Shown: positions 37,583 through 46,974, numbered from the stretch's first letter. The stretch is DNA of 64,000 nucleotides from Candidatus Latescibacterota bacterium (GCA_965116875.1 OZ220733.1:5248001-5312000); one strand, 5' to 3'. Translations and numbers: made by a program. Notes: generated from the letters alone by a model not told the origin.

Positions 37583-38659
37583 TCAAGCCCTCGCTACGGT
37601 TAGTGCTGCCAGTTTGTCTTCATCCAGTTCCACGCCCAGACCGGGGCCCTCGAGCGGTGTCAGATAGCTTCGTTCGGCCCTCACGCGTTCGCTGGCCGGC
37701 GAAGCCGTGTAGAGCAGCGGCCCCATCGGATCGCACGGCAACCGGACCTGGGGAGAGGTGATGCCCACGGCAATCTGGGCGCTCATGCCCAGCGTGGACT
37801 CCTGGTCGGTGCCGATCAGGCACGGCAGGCCCGCCGCCTCCCCCACCGCCAGGATGCGCTTAACGTGTGTGGGCCCACCGGACACGCAGGCCACGTTGAA
37901 CGCCGTACATGCGCCCCGTTCGGCCGCCTCATATGCCTGCTGCAGGGAACCGATATGCCAGGTAACCGGCAGGTCGACGCGTTGCGTGAACTGTGCGCTG
38001 GAACGCATGTCGTACGTCGGCTGTTCGAAATGGTATGGATTGTGACGCCGAAGCCTGTCGACGTAGCGCAGCGCCTCCTGCCAGTCGCGAAACCGGCCCG
38101 AGAAGTCGATGGACTTGAGCCGGATCCGGTCGCCGTGTCTGGATTTCATCTCGGAGAGGTAGCGGTCGTCCAGATCCACGTCGCCGGAGACGTAATAACG
38201 GAACAAATGGTGGCCCAGATCCACCAGACGCTGCAGGTACGACCCGGCGCGTTCGAAGTCCTCCAGCACTTGAAATCCGAAGATCGGATAGCAGCAATGG
38301 AGGGCTTCGCGCACCTTGCCGCCGAGCATCTGGTACACGGGTACCCCCTGTACCTTACCGTTGAGGTCGTAGAGCGCCAGGTCCACGGCGCTGGCCACGT
38401 GCGGATTGGAGACGGTGGTGTTCCAGTTCCGGGCGCGGGCGAAGTCGTTGATCTCGACGATACAGCGGGCATCGCGGCCTTTCAACTGCTCGTTGAGTTG
38501 CCGCGCCAGGGCCGGCACGTCCGCGCACTTGCTGTCCGACGCTTCGCCGAGGCCGATCGGGCCGTCGTCCACGTGGACCCGGATCAGCACGTGTCCGGAA
38601 ATTTGACCGTAGAAGCGCGGCGTTTCGATCTGGATGACTTCGATTCGGTCGATGATCAT
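37583..38659 (-). CDS. Mandelate racemase/muconate lactonizing enzyme (enolase superfamily)
   Basis: GLGEAS, DLALYDLNGK..GVPVYQMLGG, EQP, GPGLGVELD; GAGGA RBS. Confidence 0.85.
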   Translation of the reverse strand: MIIDRIEVIQIETPRFYGQISGHVLIRVHVDDGPIGLGEASDSKCADVPALARQLNEQLKGRDARCIVEINDFARARNWNTTVSNPHVASAVDLALYDLNGKVQGVPVYQMLGGKVREALHCCYPIFGFQVLEDFERAGSYLQRLVDLGHHLFRYYVSGDVDLDDRYLSEMKSRHGDRIRLKSIDFSGRFRDWQEALRYVDRLRRHNPYHFEQPTYDMRSSAQFTQRVDLPVTWHIGSLQQAYEAAERGACTAFNVACVSGGPTHVKRILAVGEAAGLPCLIGTDQESTLGMSAQIAVGITSPQVRLPCDPMGPLLYTASPASERVRAERSYLTPLEGPGLGVELDEDKLAALTVARA

Positions 38660-38710
38660 GACTTCCTCCCCGCGCCCGGCATAGTCATATAATTCACAAA
38701 GCTTGAACAT

Positions 38711-38735
38711 ACATGGATGGACAGGATGGGCAGGA
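38711..38735 (-). repeat. CATCCTG-type dispersed motif, copy 2
   Basis: acatggatggacaggatgggcagga is the reverse complement of the 17316-17340 motif with one mismatch. Confidence 0.65.
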
Positions 38736-38826
38736 AAAAACATCAAAGGCTGGAACCGTCGAAATCCTGCAATTTAAGATCGGCAAATCCTGTCGTAGGT
38801 TTAGGAAACGATCCCGCGGGGGCAAG

Positions 38827-39408
38827 TTAGGACTTTTGCGCTGAATCACCAAGGGGGAACGTCAACCTCCTCTGGAACCGGAAGCTTCCGTCGGGGACCA
38901 TATATGCCAACCGGTCGCACATGAAGGAGCCGGTGGGGGCCGTATCCTGGAGACTCGCGCAGAGTTCAAGGCTCTCATCAATTGAAATGAACTCGGCGAT
39001 GGTCATGTGCGGGGCTATGTCGCGTCTGCGATGGGCTTCGTCAGCAAAGCCCGACGTGGCGTGGAGGACATCCTTCAGTCGCTCGACCGGCTCCCGCGGC
39101 GTCATGCGATACGAGACACCGGCGTGCCGCGGGGAGGCATACAGTCTGTCATAGTGAAGTTTAAACGGCCGGACATCCGATAGGACGCCGCGGATTTCGT
39201 CGGCAAGCGCGGGACTCATTTCTCGGCTTAGTGGATCGGACAACGAAATATGCGCCGGACACCATGCCGCCGAACGTGGATCGTACCGTTCTCGCAGAAG
39301 GTCTATCTCCCGCGAGACGTCGCGAGGCGGCAGGATCAGGATCACGCCCAGCCGGTAGCCGCGCTGCCAGTCTTCCCACTTCGTTGTATCCGTTACATAC
39401 GTGATCAC
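38827..39408 (-). CDS. 2H phosphoesterase (2'-5' RNA ligase family)
   Basis: Two Hx[ST] motifs, AHISL and PHMTI; AGGAG RBS before GTG. Confidence 0.85.
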   Translation of the reverse strand: MITYVTDTTKWEDWQRGYRLGVILILPPRDVSREIDLLRERYDPRSAAWCPAHISLSDPLSREMSPALADEIRGVLSDVRPFKLHYDRLYASPRHAGVSYRMTPREPVERLKDVLHATSGFADEAHRRRDIAPHMTIAEFISIDESLELCASLQDTAPTGSFMCDRLAYMVPDGSFRFQRRLTFPLGDSAQKS

Positions 39409-39669
39409 AGCTGACTCCTGACGATGCGGGACGCGGGCGCGTTTCGACGGCACGCAGTTTGCACGATAGAACTGTCAGGATGACAATACCGGCCGGTGCA
39501 AATGTACTGAAAGAACGACGCCTGTTGTCAATATGAGATTGATAATAAATATCTTATAAGAAACAACTCTTGATCCCAAACTGAAATCCCGCTAAATTCA
39601 CTCTCAATCCCCGGGCGAACGAATATCAACATCTTGTATCTCGATTTGAGCAAAGGTTTTCTACACTAT

Positions 39670-39780
39670 TCACTGCTGTCCAAGAACCGTGGTATTCCTG
39701 AGAGATGAGGATCGAAAAGTGGATTCGATTGGCGATTATGCACGGGGTTGACCCGGATAACGAAAACCAGGTTGCCATGG
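39670..39780 (+). repeat. Two-block degenerate direct repeat shared with 40553-40603 and 40824-40857
   Basis: tgtccaagaaccgtggtattcc..gatgaggatcgaaaagtg versus tgtccgagaaccgtgggattc..gatgaggttcgaaaggtg; ttgacccggataacgaaaaccag versus ttgaccgggataacgaacaccag. Confidence 0.65.
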
Positions 39781-39801
39781 GTTCACGTTTGTTGCAAAAC
39801 A

Positions 39802-39830
39802 TGTCATTCTGAGCGGAGTCGAAGAATCTC
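39802..39830 (+). repeat. Solo REP-like unit TGTCATTCTGAGCGGAGTCGAAGAATCTC
   Basis: Resembles the widespread GTCATTCTGAG...GAAGAATCT intergenic repeat family; single copy in this window. Confidence 0.5.
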
Positions 39831-40131
39831 CCATATTCTCGATTCGACGTGTAGCACATGCCCGTTGAAGACGAACCTGTGCGCGGACGTCTGGCCAGCC
39901 TTTCGGCCTCCTCTGCATAACTTTCGGGCTAAAGCGTGAAGGATACATTTCGCTGATGGCTGTGGACGATTCTCCATCCGTACATTTCGCGCATTTTCGC
40001 GACTTTCGTAGTGAATCAAGTCCGTTTGTGGCCAGAGAAAATTTAAGAAATTCCAGAACCCCTGTCCAGAATCGTCTTTTCCAAATGATCTTGAACAGCG
40101 GTGATATTTTGGTTAAATTTGAGAGGAGGTT

Positions 40132-40479
40132 ATGTCCCGGAACGAGATTTGGACAATTGGAAACAGAAAGTGGTTTGAGCGACTGATGGTTTTGCTGTTT
40201 GTCGGTGCATTGGGAAGTTGGTTCTATTCGGGGAACGCTGAATTCATAAAAGCGCTGGAATCTATGGTTGTGTTTTCGGTAACCGGTGCATTTGTTATCC
40301 TTGCAGGAGGTGAAGCCATGTTAGGCGTCCTGGCGGAAATACGACGTCGGCAGCGAGAAGAAGGGCGAGAAGAGGGGCGAGAGGAGGGAAGAAAAGAAGT
40401 GCTCCAATGGATTAGAGAACAGGAGGAAGCGGGGGTGCAGTTTAAGGAACCTCCTCCCTATTCATCTGAAAAGAATTGA
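40132..40479 (+). CDS. Small 2-TM membrane protein with an (REEG)3 Rpn-like C-terminus
   Basis: GAGAGGAGG RBS, two hydrophobic stretches, REEGREEGREEG, its own terminator, and an internal AGGAGGTGA RBS before in-frame ATG 40318. Confidence 0.75.
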   Translation: MSRNEIWTIGNRKWFERLMVLLFVGALGSWFYSGNAEFIKALESMVVFSVTGAFVILAGGEAMLGVLAEIRRRQREEGREEGREEGRKEVLQWIREQEEAGVQFKEPPPYSSEKN

Positions 40480-40506
40480 TCAAAATTCGTTCAATGCGGT
40501 CCCTGC

Positions 40507-40540
40507 AAAAGCCTCCACGTGATGACGGGGGCTTTTCCTT
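40507..40540 (+). terminator. Rho-independent terminator
   Basis: aaaagcctcc...gggggctttt followed by ccttt, starting 28 nt after the stop codon. Confidence 0.6.
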
Positions 40541-40982
40541 TGGGGATTGCAATCACTTTTGTCCGAGAACCGTGGGATTCTCAGGGATGAGGTTCGAAAG
40601 GTGTCTTTAACCTTGATTCGTCATTTTTCTGGGAGGATAATTCGTATATGTGTGAGTGAATAAAGGCGATTCAACTGCTGATTACCAGGATACACCAGGA
40701 CAATGTACGTGAACGGAAAAAATGTCCTTCATGATGACCATTTCGGCCCGTTTCGAAAGGTTTCGTCGCGGTGCCGCGTTGCGGCTTGTGCGGAATTGAG
40801 ATTAATTGGCGGTTTGTACGAGCTTGACCGGGATAACGAACACCAGTTTTGCCATCGGTGATCGGCATCCTCATGTTGGATGAACGTTAGCCGACGTTGG
40901 ACTATTGAAGGTAGAGATAATGCGTATTGCTACTGCTTTTTTTCATTCAACTGAAACACACGACGCCACGATCAAGGACCTG

Positions 40983-41591
40983 CTAATAGACATAATAACA
41001 ATGCCGACGCACCCTATTTTCGAAACCGTTGCCCTCTTGTTCTCGCAACTTATTCCATACAGCAATAGTACCAATATTATCTTCCATGGCCCGATGTGTC
41101 TGTGATTTACGATAACCGCACCAATCCATCGCATTCTGCAATCGATATGTATTCTTTACGTATTTTTGAAGGCCACGAATCTCACGATACAGTTCCATTA
41201 CGCACACAAACAGATCTGCAGCCACCACTACGTGCGAAGGTAGAAATTGCAGCTCGAATTCCGCATTATATACCGCCACGACTCTATCACGAATCGCGGC
41301 CTTTATTGCAGGAACCTGATCCTCGAATGTAGAAGAATTCGCAACCGTCTGTGGACTGATTCCATGTATCCCTTGAGCCTCCGGCCAGGATTCAGCATAG
41401 ACCGGTTTTATATATTCATTCATAATTTCACGGCCATCGTAGTCAGCTATCGCAATCTCCACAATTTCATCGTCTTCATAAAGACCTGTGGTTTCAATAT
41501 CAAGAAATACGGGTCTGCTGATGTCCACGACCTTTCCATCGTGTCGCTCCAGCATATTCCCCTCCAGTTGAGCAGTGTACTCTTGACGCAT
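40983..41591 (-). CDS. DEDDh 3'-5' exonuclease (DnaQ-like)
   Basis: LDIETTG, IHGI, YNAEFE, HRAMED; visibly AT-richer than its neighbours. Confidence 0.85.
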   Translation of the reverse strand: MRQEYTAQLEGNMLERHDGKVVDISRPVFLDIETTGLYEDDEIVEIAIADYDGREIMNEYIKPVYAESWPEAQGIHGISPQTVANSSTFEDQVPAIKAAIRDRVVAVYNAEFELQFLPSHVVVAADLFVCVMELYREIRGLQKYVKNTYRLQNAMDWCGYRKSQTHRAMEDNIGTIAVWNKLREQEGNGFENRVRRHCYYVY

Positions 41592-41629
41592 GTAAATTCA
41601 AACGATCAGCGTAGACGACGAAAATCAAC

Positions 41630-41668
41630 AAGAACCCCCGACCTTTTCACAATGTCGGGGATCTTTTT
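41630..41668. terminator. Hairpin, probable terminator
   Basis: aagaacccccgac...gtcggggatcttttt. Confidence 0.45.
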
Positions 41669-41814
41669 CGCCGCGATTTCCAAAACTGACACCTGGTCAC
41701 GCCAAGAAACATCGAACTCCAATGTAGCCCTGGATACAGTGTCCCTGGAAGAGAGTCCTGTATCCGCGGCCGTTGGAAGCCCGAAACGAAAATACGATCA
41801 ACGGACCCACGCGA

Positions 41815-42150
41815 CTATCGGCGCGCGTCGGTTAGTATCTCCTCAATGGAATCGACGAGCCGCTGTTTGGGTACGGCGCCGACCAGGCGGTCCACGACGT
41901 TTCCACTCTTGAAGAGCAGGAGCGTTGGCAGGCTCTGTATACCGTACCGGACCGCTGACGAATGGGATGTGTCGAAATCCAGCTTTCCGACTTTCAGCCG
42001 CCCGGCGTATTCAACTGCCAGTTTCTTTACGATCGGTTCGATAAGGCGGCACGGGCCGCACCAGTTGGCCCCGACGTCGACGAGCACGGGCCGGTCTGAG
42101 GAAATGACCTCCGTCTCAAAGGTCGCGTCCGTGAACATAGCGGGCGTCAC
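41815..42150 (-). CDS. trxA: Thioredoxin
   Basis: PVLVD..A.WCGPC, YGIQSLPTLLLFK.G. Confidence 0.92.
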   Translation of the reverse strand: MTPAMFTDATFETEVISSDRPVLVDVGANWCGPCRLIEPIVKKLAVEYAGRLKVGKLDFDTSHSSAVRYGIQSLPTLLLFKSGNVVDRLVGAVPKQRLVDSIEEILTDARR

Positions 42151-42407
42151 TGATCTAACCTCCTTGTTTTACGTGAGTTATTACTCGGATTGAGCCGGGA
42201 ATATGCCGGAAAGAAGAAATCCGGCCCGATGGACCGCACCCTGCCGAGATCGCACATCAGGCCGATATGCTGCGCATTGGGCGAAATCCTGCCGGTCTCC
42301 CAACGGGCGACGGTGGACTGGGGAACAGCGAGAATTTCTCCCAACTGCTGTTGAGTCATCCCAACGGCTTGTCTAAACTCCCGGATCCGCAGCCAGTCGA
42401 ACGGCAC
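42147..42407 (-). CDS. XRE-family HTH transcriptional regulator
   Basis: R...GMTQQQLG..L.V.QSTVARWETG..SP; AGGAGG RBS before GTG; stop overlaps the trxA start. Confidence 0.85.
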   Translation of the reverse strand: MPFDWLRIREFRQAVGMTQQQLGEILAVPQSTVARWETGRISPNAQHIGLMCDLGRVRSIGPDFFFPAYSRLNPSNNSRKTRRLDQ

Positions 42408-42422
42408 GAAACCCTCCTGCAA

Positions 42423-42470
42423 TTATATCATTTTTGCTATAAAAGTAACCAAGCACATTGCTTCTGTCAA
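42423..42470 (-). promoter_or_regulatory. sigma70-type promoter with an imperfect operator
   Basis: Minus strand TTGACA-17 nt-TACTTT followed by TATAGCA-AAAA-TGATATA. Confidence 0.5.
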
Positions 42471-42809
42471 GGACGAATTCGTCCCTGGCATATTCATTGG
42501 TCTGGTTATGGAGATGGGTATCGCCGGCGCCGCTGGCCGGTCTCGGTTCAGAGGTACGGCGGATCCACGAGAGGACTACGGGTGCGGACGATTCGTTCGC
42601 GCGTGACTATGCGGCTATTTCGAGCCCCGTCTTCAGGATCGAATAACAAGTGTTCTATCGTTCCAATTCTTCTCGGACTTCTGCTTCGTCTCCCACGTTC
42701 GTCCAGCAGGTGACCCCGTGGATGAACATGAGCATGCGTTCGACCGCCAGAGCCGCCGATGCGGTCCAAAAACCAGGCCGATTCTGGACAGGCGCGTGCG
42801 CCCGTAAAA

Positions 42810-44060
42810 TCAGGCGTTCCGGAGCTGCTCGCGAATCCGTCGTTCGCCGAACTCGACAAAGGTTTCAGCCTGATTTTTCAGCAACTCGGCTTCATCACGC
42901 GTCTTCGTACCCTGGTATGACGCGACTGCAGCGTCGATCAGCGGTTTCCATTCGGGGAACCGGTCACTCGCCCATTTGCCGCATGAGAACTTCGATAAAA
43001 CGACGTTACGCTCCCGGACGCTGAACATAATCCGGCACATGTTGAGGACGCAGTAGTCGGGGTATTTAAGGTTCTGCTGGATGAACGTCAACTCGTGCTC
43101 GAGAGCAGTCGTGATTTCGACCCACGACGGCGCCGGAAAGATATTCTTAGGAGGCGGACCATAGAGCGTAATGAAACGCTTTGCCCTGATATGCGCGCAA
43201 TGCAGCGACCATGATTCGTCCCGTATTTCGGGCTGCAACTGGTGGGTCGGCGGACGCGTTTTGACGGCATCCTCGTACAGGATGAAATAGGCGTCCAATT
43301 CTTCACCCAGTGGCGGAAAGCGCTCCGAAAGATCCCTCTGCAGTTGAAGAATTTCGTCCGTAACCCCATCCCTCAGCGAGTCTTCCAGGATCACATGGCA
43401 GTCCACGTCCTGTATCGGTCCCGAGTCCGGAAATACGGATGCTCCGTGCATATAGATGCCGTGCAGGTTCGCACTGAGAATATCTTCAAGACCGCCAACG
43501 AAGGCATGGCAGACCTCTCTGACGGTTGAGGGGAGTTGTTCGAACTTCATAGGGCAGGATGTTTCACCTAGCGTGTGACAGCGTCTTTCGAGCGACGTGG
43601 AGATGCTTTTCTTCAAGGTATACCGCACTTCTTCATAGCCGTCTTTCCGTTCGACCTCTCCGCGTTTCCATCCGAGATGTTCGTAGAACCCCTCGGCGCG
43701 GGTGTTTGTTTCCGTTTCCAGCCAAAGCGCCTCCGCTCCGCTTCTCCACAGCCAGTCAACCGCTGCTTCCAGCAGCCTTCGTCCGATGCCGAGGCCTTCG
43801 TATGCCGGCAGGACGAATAGCGCCCAAATGGACGCCGATTTCACGTTCGCGATACAGAATCCGACAATACGGTCGCCGGCTTCGGCCACCCAACACCTGC
43901 CATCGGTCCGCAGCAGTTCCGCGGCACGCTCAGGCGTTATTCCGGACGCCGCCAGTTCGGCCTCCGTCATCGCGTTTTCCGTGGCCGCTGTGCGGATTTC
44001 GAATAGTGCGGGTATGTCGGCGGTGATGGCTTCACGGATATGAATCTGATCTGTGCTCAT
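42810..44060 (-). CDS. GNAT acetyltransferase fused in frame to an aminoglycoside adenylyltransferase-like (NTase + DUF4111) domain
   Basis: LFVLPAYEGLGIG and FYE.LGW, then from Met at 43550: GIYMHGA..F.....DVD and YCVLNMCR...SK...G.WA. Confidence 0.75.
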   Translation of the reverse strand: MSTDQIHIREAITADIPALFEIRTAATENAMTEAELAASGITPERAAELLRTDGRCWVAEAGDRIVGFCIANVKSASIWALFVLPAYEGLGIGRRLLEAAVDWLWRSGAEALWLETETNTRAEGFYEHLGWKRGEVERKDGYEEVRYTLKKSISTSLERRCHTLGETSCPMKFEQLPSTVREVCHAFVGGLEDILSANLHGIYMHGASVFPDSGPIQDVDCHVILEDSLRDGVTDEILQLQRDLSERFPPLGEELDAYFILYEDAVKTRPPTHQLQPEIRDESWSLHCAHIRAKRFITLYGPPPKNIFPAPSWVEITTALEHELTFIQQNLKYPDYCVLNMCRIMFSVRERNVVLSKFSCGKWASDRFPEWKPLIDAAVASYQGTKTRDEAELLKNQAETFVEFGERRIREQLRNA

Positions 44061-44188
44061 TTCATTCGTTCCGATGAAATTTGGAGTCCAGCCGAGGGGA
44101 CACGGGGTGCCGGATTCGGGCGCTACACGCGCAGATCAACTGAATACGCGACTCGTCTACTTCAAGGCCGAGATGACTGAATCCAGCC

Positions 44189-44554
44189 TCACGAGCCGCG
44201 ACCTTCTCGCGTCACCGATGCCTTGAAGAATCGCTCCTGGAATTTGGTCAACTCCTGGATCTGTTCATCGGAAAAGTCCTTGCCGGGAGGCGCGACAACG
44301 AGTTTGTCATCGTCGTCGTCCGATCGTCGAATGACCGCGATGCATGTGCCCGTAAAGGTCGTGATCGGTTTCGCGACACCCAGAATATAGGCGTCCAGGC
44401 CTTCGCCGTCAGGCGCCGGCACGCCCGGGAGAAATCCGTAGTTGACAGGATAGACGAACCCGCCATCAGGATGCCGGGATCCGAGCGGCCGATCGACCGA
44501 GACCCGGACCGTCTTGCCGATGAACGTCCTCGCATCCGCGAATTCGCGCGTCAT
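44189..44554 (-). CDS. Inorganic pyrophosphatase family protein
   Basis: VDRPLGSRHP, YPVNYG, DGEGLDAY, DDKLVV. Confidence 0.85.
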   Translation of the reverse strand: MTREFADARTFIGKTVRVSVDRPLGSRHPDGGFVYPVNYGFLPGVPAPDGEGLDAYILGVAKPITTFTGTCIAVIRRSDDDDDKLVVAPPGKDFSDEQIQELTKFQERFFKASVTREGRGS

Positions 44555-44593
44555 ATTCCATGGATTTCCAGCGATATGCGGTCTCTTGCGACT

Positions 44594-44938
44594 TCACGTG
44601 GAGTCATAAATGCAGGCATCCAGAATACTCAACACTTCATTGAGTACGGACTGAGGTGCTTGTGATACCCGTTTCACGTTCCGGCTCTTGTAGTCAACTG
44701 ATTTGATCTGCTCAACCATAACGTATCCGCTGACGGCCTGCCCTTCCGGAATGGAAACATGAAAGGGGATATTCCTGAAGGTGCTCGTGATCGGGCAGAC
44801 CATCGCAAGACCCGTATGTCTGTTGAACAACGTCCGACTGATTACCAGCGCGGGACGACGGCCCATCTGCTCATGTCCTCGCTGCGGATCAAAACTCACA
44901 ACGACGAAATCGCCTTTATCGGGAACATATTCCGGCAT
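44594..44938 (-). CDS. mazF: PemK/MazF toxin
   Basis: YVPDKGD, FDPQ.GHEQ.GRRPALV.S, CPITS, QIKSVD. Confidence 0.92.
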   Translation of the reverse strand: MPEYVPDKGDFVVVSFDPQRGHEQMGRRPALVISRTLFNRHTGLAMVCPITSTFRNIPFHVSIPEGQAVSGYVMVEQIKSVDYKSRNVKRVSQAPQSVLNEVLSILDACIYDST

Positions 44939-45187
44939 CTACCAGGCCTCTTTCCCTGTGGGCGCTCCCCAATCCGTTTCTTCGACCCGATAGTTCGAAG
45001 GCATCCTGGCAACGAGTTCGAGCAAATCGTATCTCCCCCTCACTTTAGTCAACGGTTCGACGATGATCTGTCCATCTTTGACGGAGACGTTGACCTGATC
45101 TCCAACGTTGATTCCGGCTTCCGTCATAATCTCTTTGGAGAAACGGAGTCCCTGGCTGTTACCCCATTTTTGTACTCTGGTCACCAT
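44939..45187 (-). CDS. mazE: AbrB/MazE antitoxin
   Basis: VQKWGNSQGLR, DWG.P.GKE.W; AGGAGG RBS. Confidence 0.92.
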   Translation of the reverse strand: MVTRVQKWGNSQGLRFSKEIMTEAGINVGDQVNVSVKDGQIIVEPLTKVRGRYDLLELVARMPSNYRVEETDWGAPTGKEAW

Positions 45188-45216
45188 CGGCTGCCTCCTT
45201 GAATTCCGAAGATCCA

Positions 45217-45243
45217 CAATGTATATACTGAGTATATACATTG
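45217..45243. promoter_or_regulatory. mazEF operator palindrome
   Basis: Perfect CAATGTATATACT-G-AGTATATACATTG, 30 nt upstream of mazE. Confidence 0.75.
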
Positions 45244-45406
45244 ATTCGTCAGATTGCAAGAGTTTCTGTATAAATCGGGTTGTGGGTCTGGCGAGTCCGA
45301 TCGGTTTCACCCTGTCAGATTCACCATTTGAACGTGAGTATCATCTTCGTCGACGATCTTGAATCCGAGCCCCCCGGTAGAATGCGACGGCGAGGATGCT
45401 GTGCGG

Positions 45407-45997
45407 TCATCCCCCGCCACTGGATTCCTCATCCCAAATGCCGGTGCAAATCTCAACCAGACGAAAATCGGGTCGTGAAAGCACGACCCAGGACGGCAGT
45501 CCCAGCTTCTTCCACAAAGCAAACGGTTCCAATTCTGAATTGCGGCTCACGAACAGGCTCAGCACGGTCCCATGGGTGACGATCGCGATGTTTTCCTCCC
45601 GATAGCGGTCTGTAAGTTTGCGTACGCCTTTCGAAAACCTGACATGCGCGCTATCAGCGGTTTCCTCACCGAAAACCAGATCGGAGGGCTGCTTGTAGAA
45701 TCGTCTGATCGATTGCTCGAATCGCTCCTCTTCCAGGAAGCCGACGTTACCGCGCTCATGTTCATGCAGTCCTTCCACAACTTCCATCGGAATCTTTATC
45801 ATGCCGGATGCAACTTCAGCCGTTTCCATCGCCTTGGGTTCATTGCTGCTGACTACGAGATCCAGATTGTACCGGTCCAATCGCTCACCAAGTATCCGCG
45901 CGCGCTGCCGCCCTTCGCAGGAAAGTCGCCATTCCTTCGCGGGTACGGACGAATCGATCTCCGGCAAAGAGTGCTTTACGAGAATGAGTGTTTGCAT
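45407..45997 (-). CDS. Histidine phosphatase superfamily protein
   Basis: LILVKHS (RHG variant), SS.E.KA.ETA, L.E, GE, IVTHG. Confidence 0.8.
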   Translation of the reverse strand: MQTLILVKHSLPEIDSSVPAKEWRLSCEGRQRARILGERLDRYNLDLVVSSNEPKAMETAEVASGMIKIPMEVVEGLHEHERGNVGFLEEERFEQSIRRFYKQPSDLVFGEETADSAHVRFSKGVRKLTDRYREENIAIVTHGTVLSLFVSRNSELEPFALWKKLGLPSWVVLSRPDFRLVEICTGIWDEESSGGG

Positions 45998-46040
45998 GAA
46001 GGCGCGATGGGATTGCCGAACACCTGTTGCGAGACCTGAG

Positions 46041-46316
46041 CTATTTCAGGTTCAGAGTCAGTTCTTTACCCAATGCCCTGGCGGCTTTTCTCAGCGTAGA
46101 CAACCGAATGTCCCCCGCACGGTTCTCCAGGCGGGAAATCGCTGTTTTCTTCGTATGCATCAACCTGGCGAGTTGCTCCTGCGTCAAACCGGCTTCCTGT
46201 CGTGCCTGCCGAAGCAAAACGCCGAATTCGAACTCCTTGTACCCTTCCTCGAATCCCTCTGCAAATTCGGGATCGGTCTGTTTTCGGCGCGCAATATACC
46301 GCTCTATATCACTCAT
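46041..46316 (-). CDS. XRE HTH antitoxin-like protein, no partner toxin
   Basis: DPEFAEGFE.GY..F..G..LRQAR.EAGLTQE.LA....TKK.AISRLEN; operator-like TAACA-N4-TGTTA at 46403-46416. Confidence 0.85.
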   Translation of the reverse strand: MSDIERYIARRKQTDPEFAEGFEEGYKEFEFGVLLRQARQEAGLTQEQLARLMHTKKTAISRLENRAGDIRLSTLRKAARALGKELTLNLK

Positions 46317-46500
46317 GAATCCGGCTCCTTGCACGGTGTTTCAAGAGAATACGGACAGTCCGTTTTTTGTGTCTGAACGCTGAAATTAAGCGCTTAGGAA
46401 GATAACATATTTGTTAACCTCTGGCAACAAAAAATCCGCCGAAGACAAGCCTGATGTGCGTGGCGGAGTTACGGATCGGAATTCGGCGTCCGACTCCCTC

Positions 46501-46974
46501 TCACTGGTCCACGTCAACCGGTCTCCAAGGCGGTCCGTTCCGGGTTAAACTCTCAAGGAGGGAATGAAGGTCGCGTGGCGAAAACGTCTCTTCAGATCTG
46601 CCGATGTCTTCGACAGACCACCATCGGAACTCGCGGAAGGCTGAGGCCTCGCCCTGAGCCGGATTCCCGTCCATGACGGGTACGAATGGGTCCGTCTGAA
46701 CCCGATAGAAGTACTCGTTCTGGCTGTAGTCGCGGTTGTCCCACGTGAATTCAACTCTCCTGGTCCAGACCAGTCGATCCACAGAGAATCTCGTCGCGCC
46801 AGTCTCCTCGGCGACCTCCCGGCGAAGCGCATCCTCATCAGACTCACCCGGTTCAAGTCCTCCACCGGGAGTCACCCAGAACTCGATTCCGGATACGGGC
46901 TCCTGCACCCTCATCAGCAGGACATGACGGTCCGGCGTCAACATCACCGCCCTTACGACTCTTCTCCTGATCAT
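46501..46974 (-). CDS. NUDIX hydrolase
   Basis: PGGGLEPGESDEDALRREVAEETG. Confidence 0.9.
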   Translation of the reverse strand: MIRRRVVRAVMLTPDRHVLLMRVQEPVSGIEFWVTPGGGLEPGESDEDALRREVAEETGATRFSVDRLVWTRRVEFTWDNRDYSQNEYFYRVQTDPFVPVMDGNPAQGEASAFREFRWWSVEDIGRSEETFSPRDLHSLLESLTRNGPPWRPVDVDQ

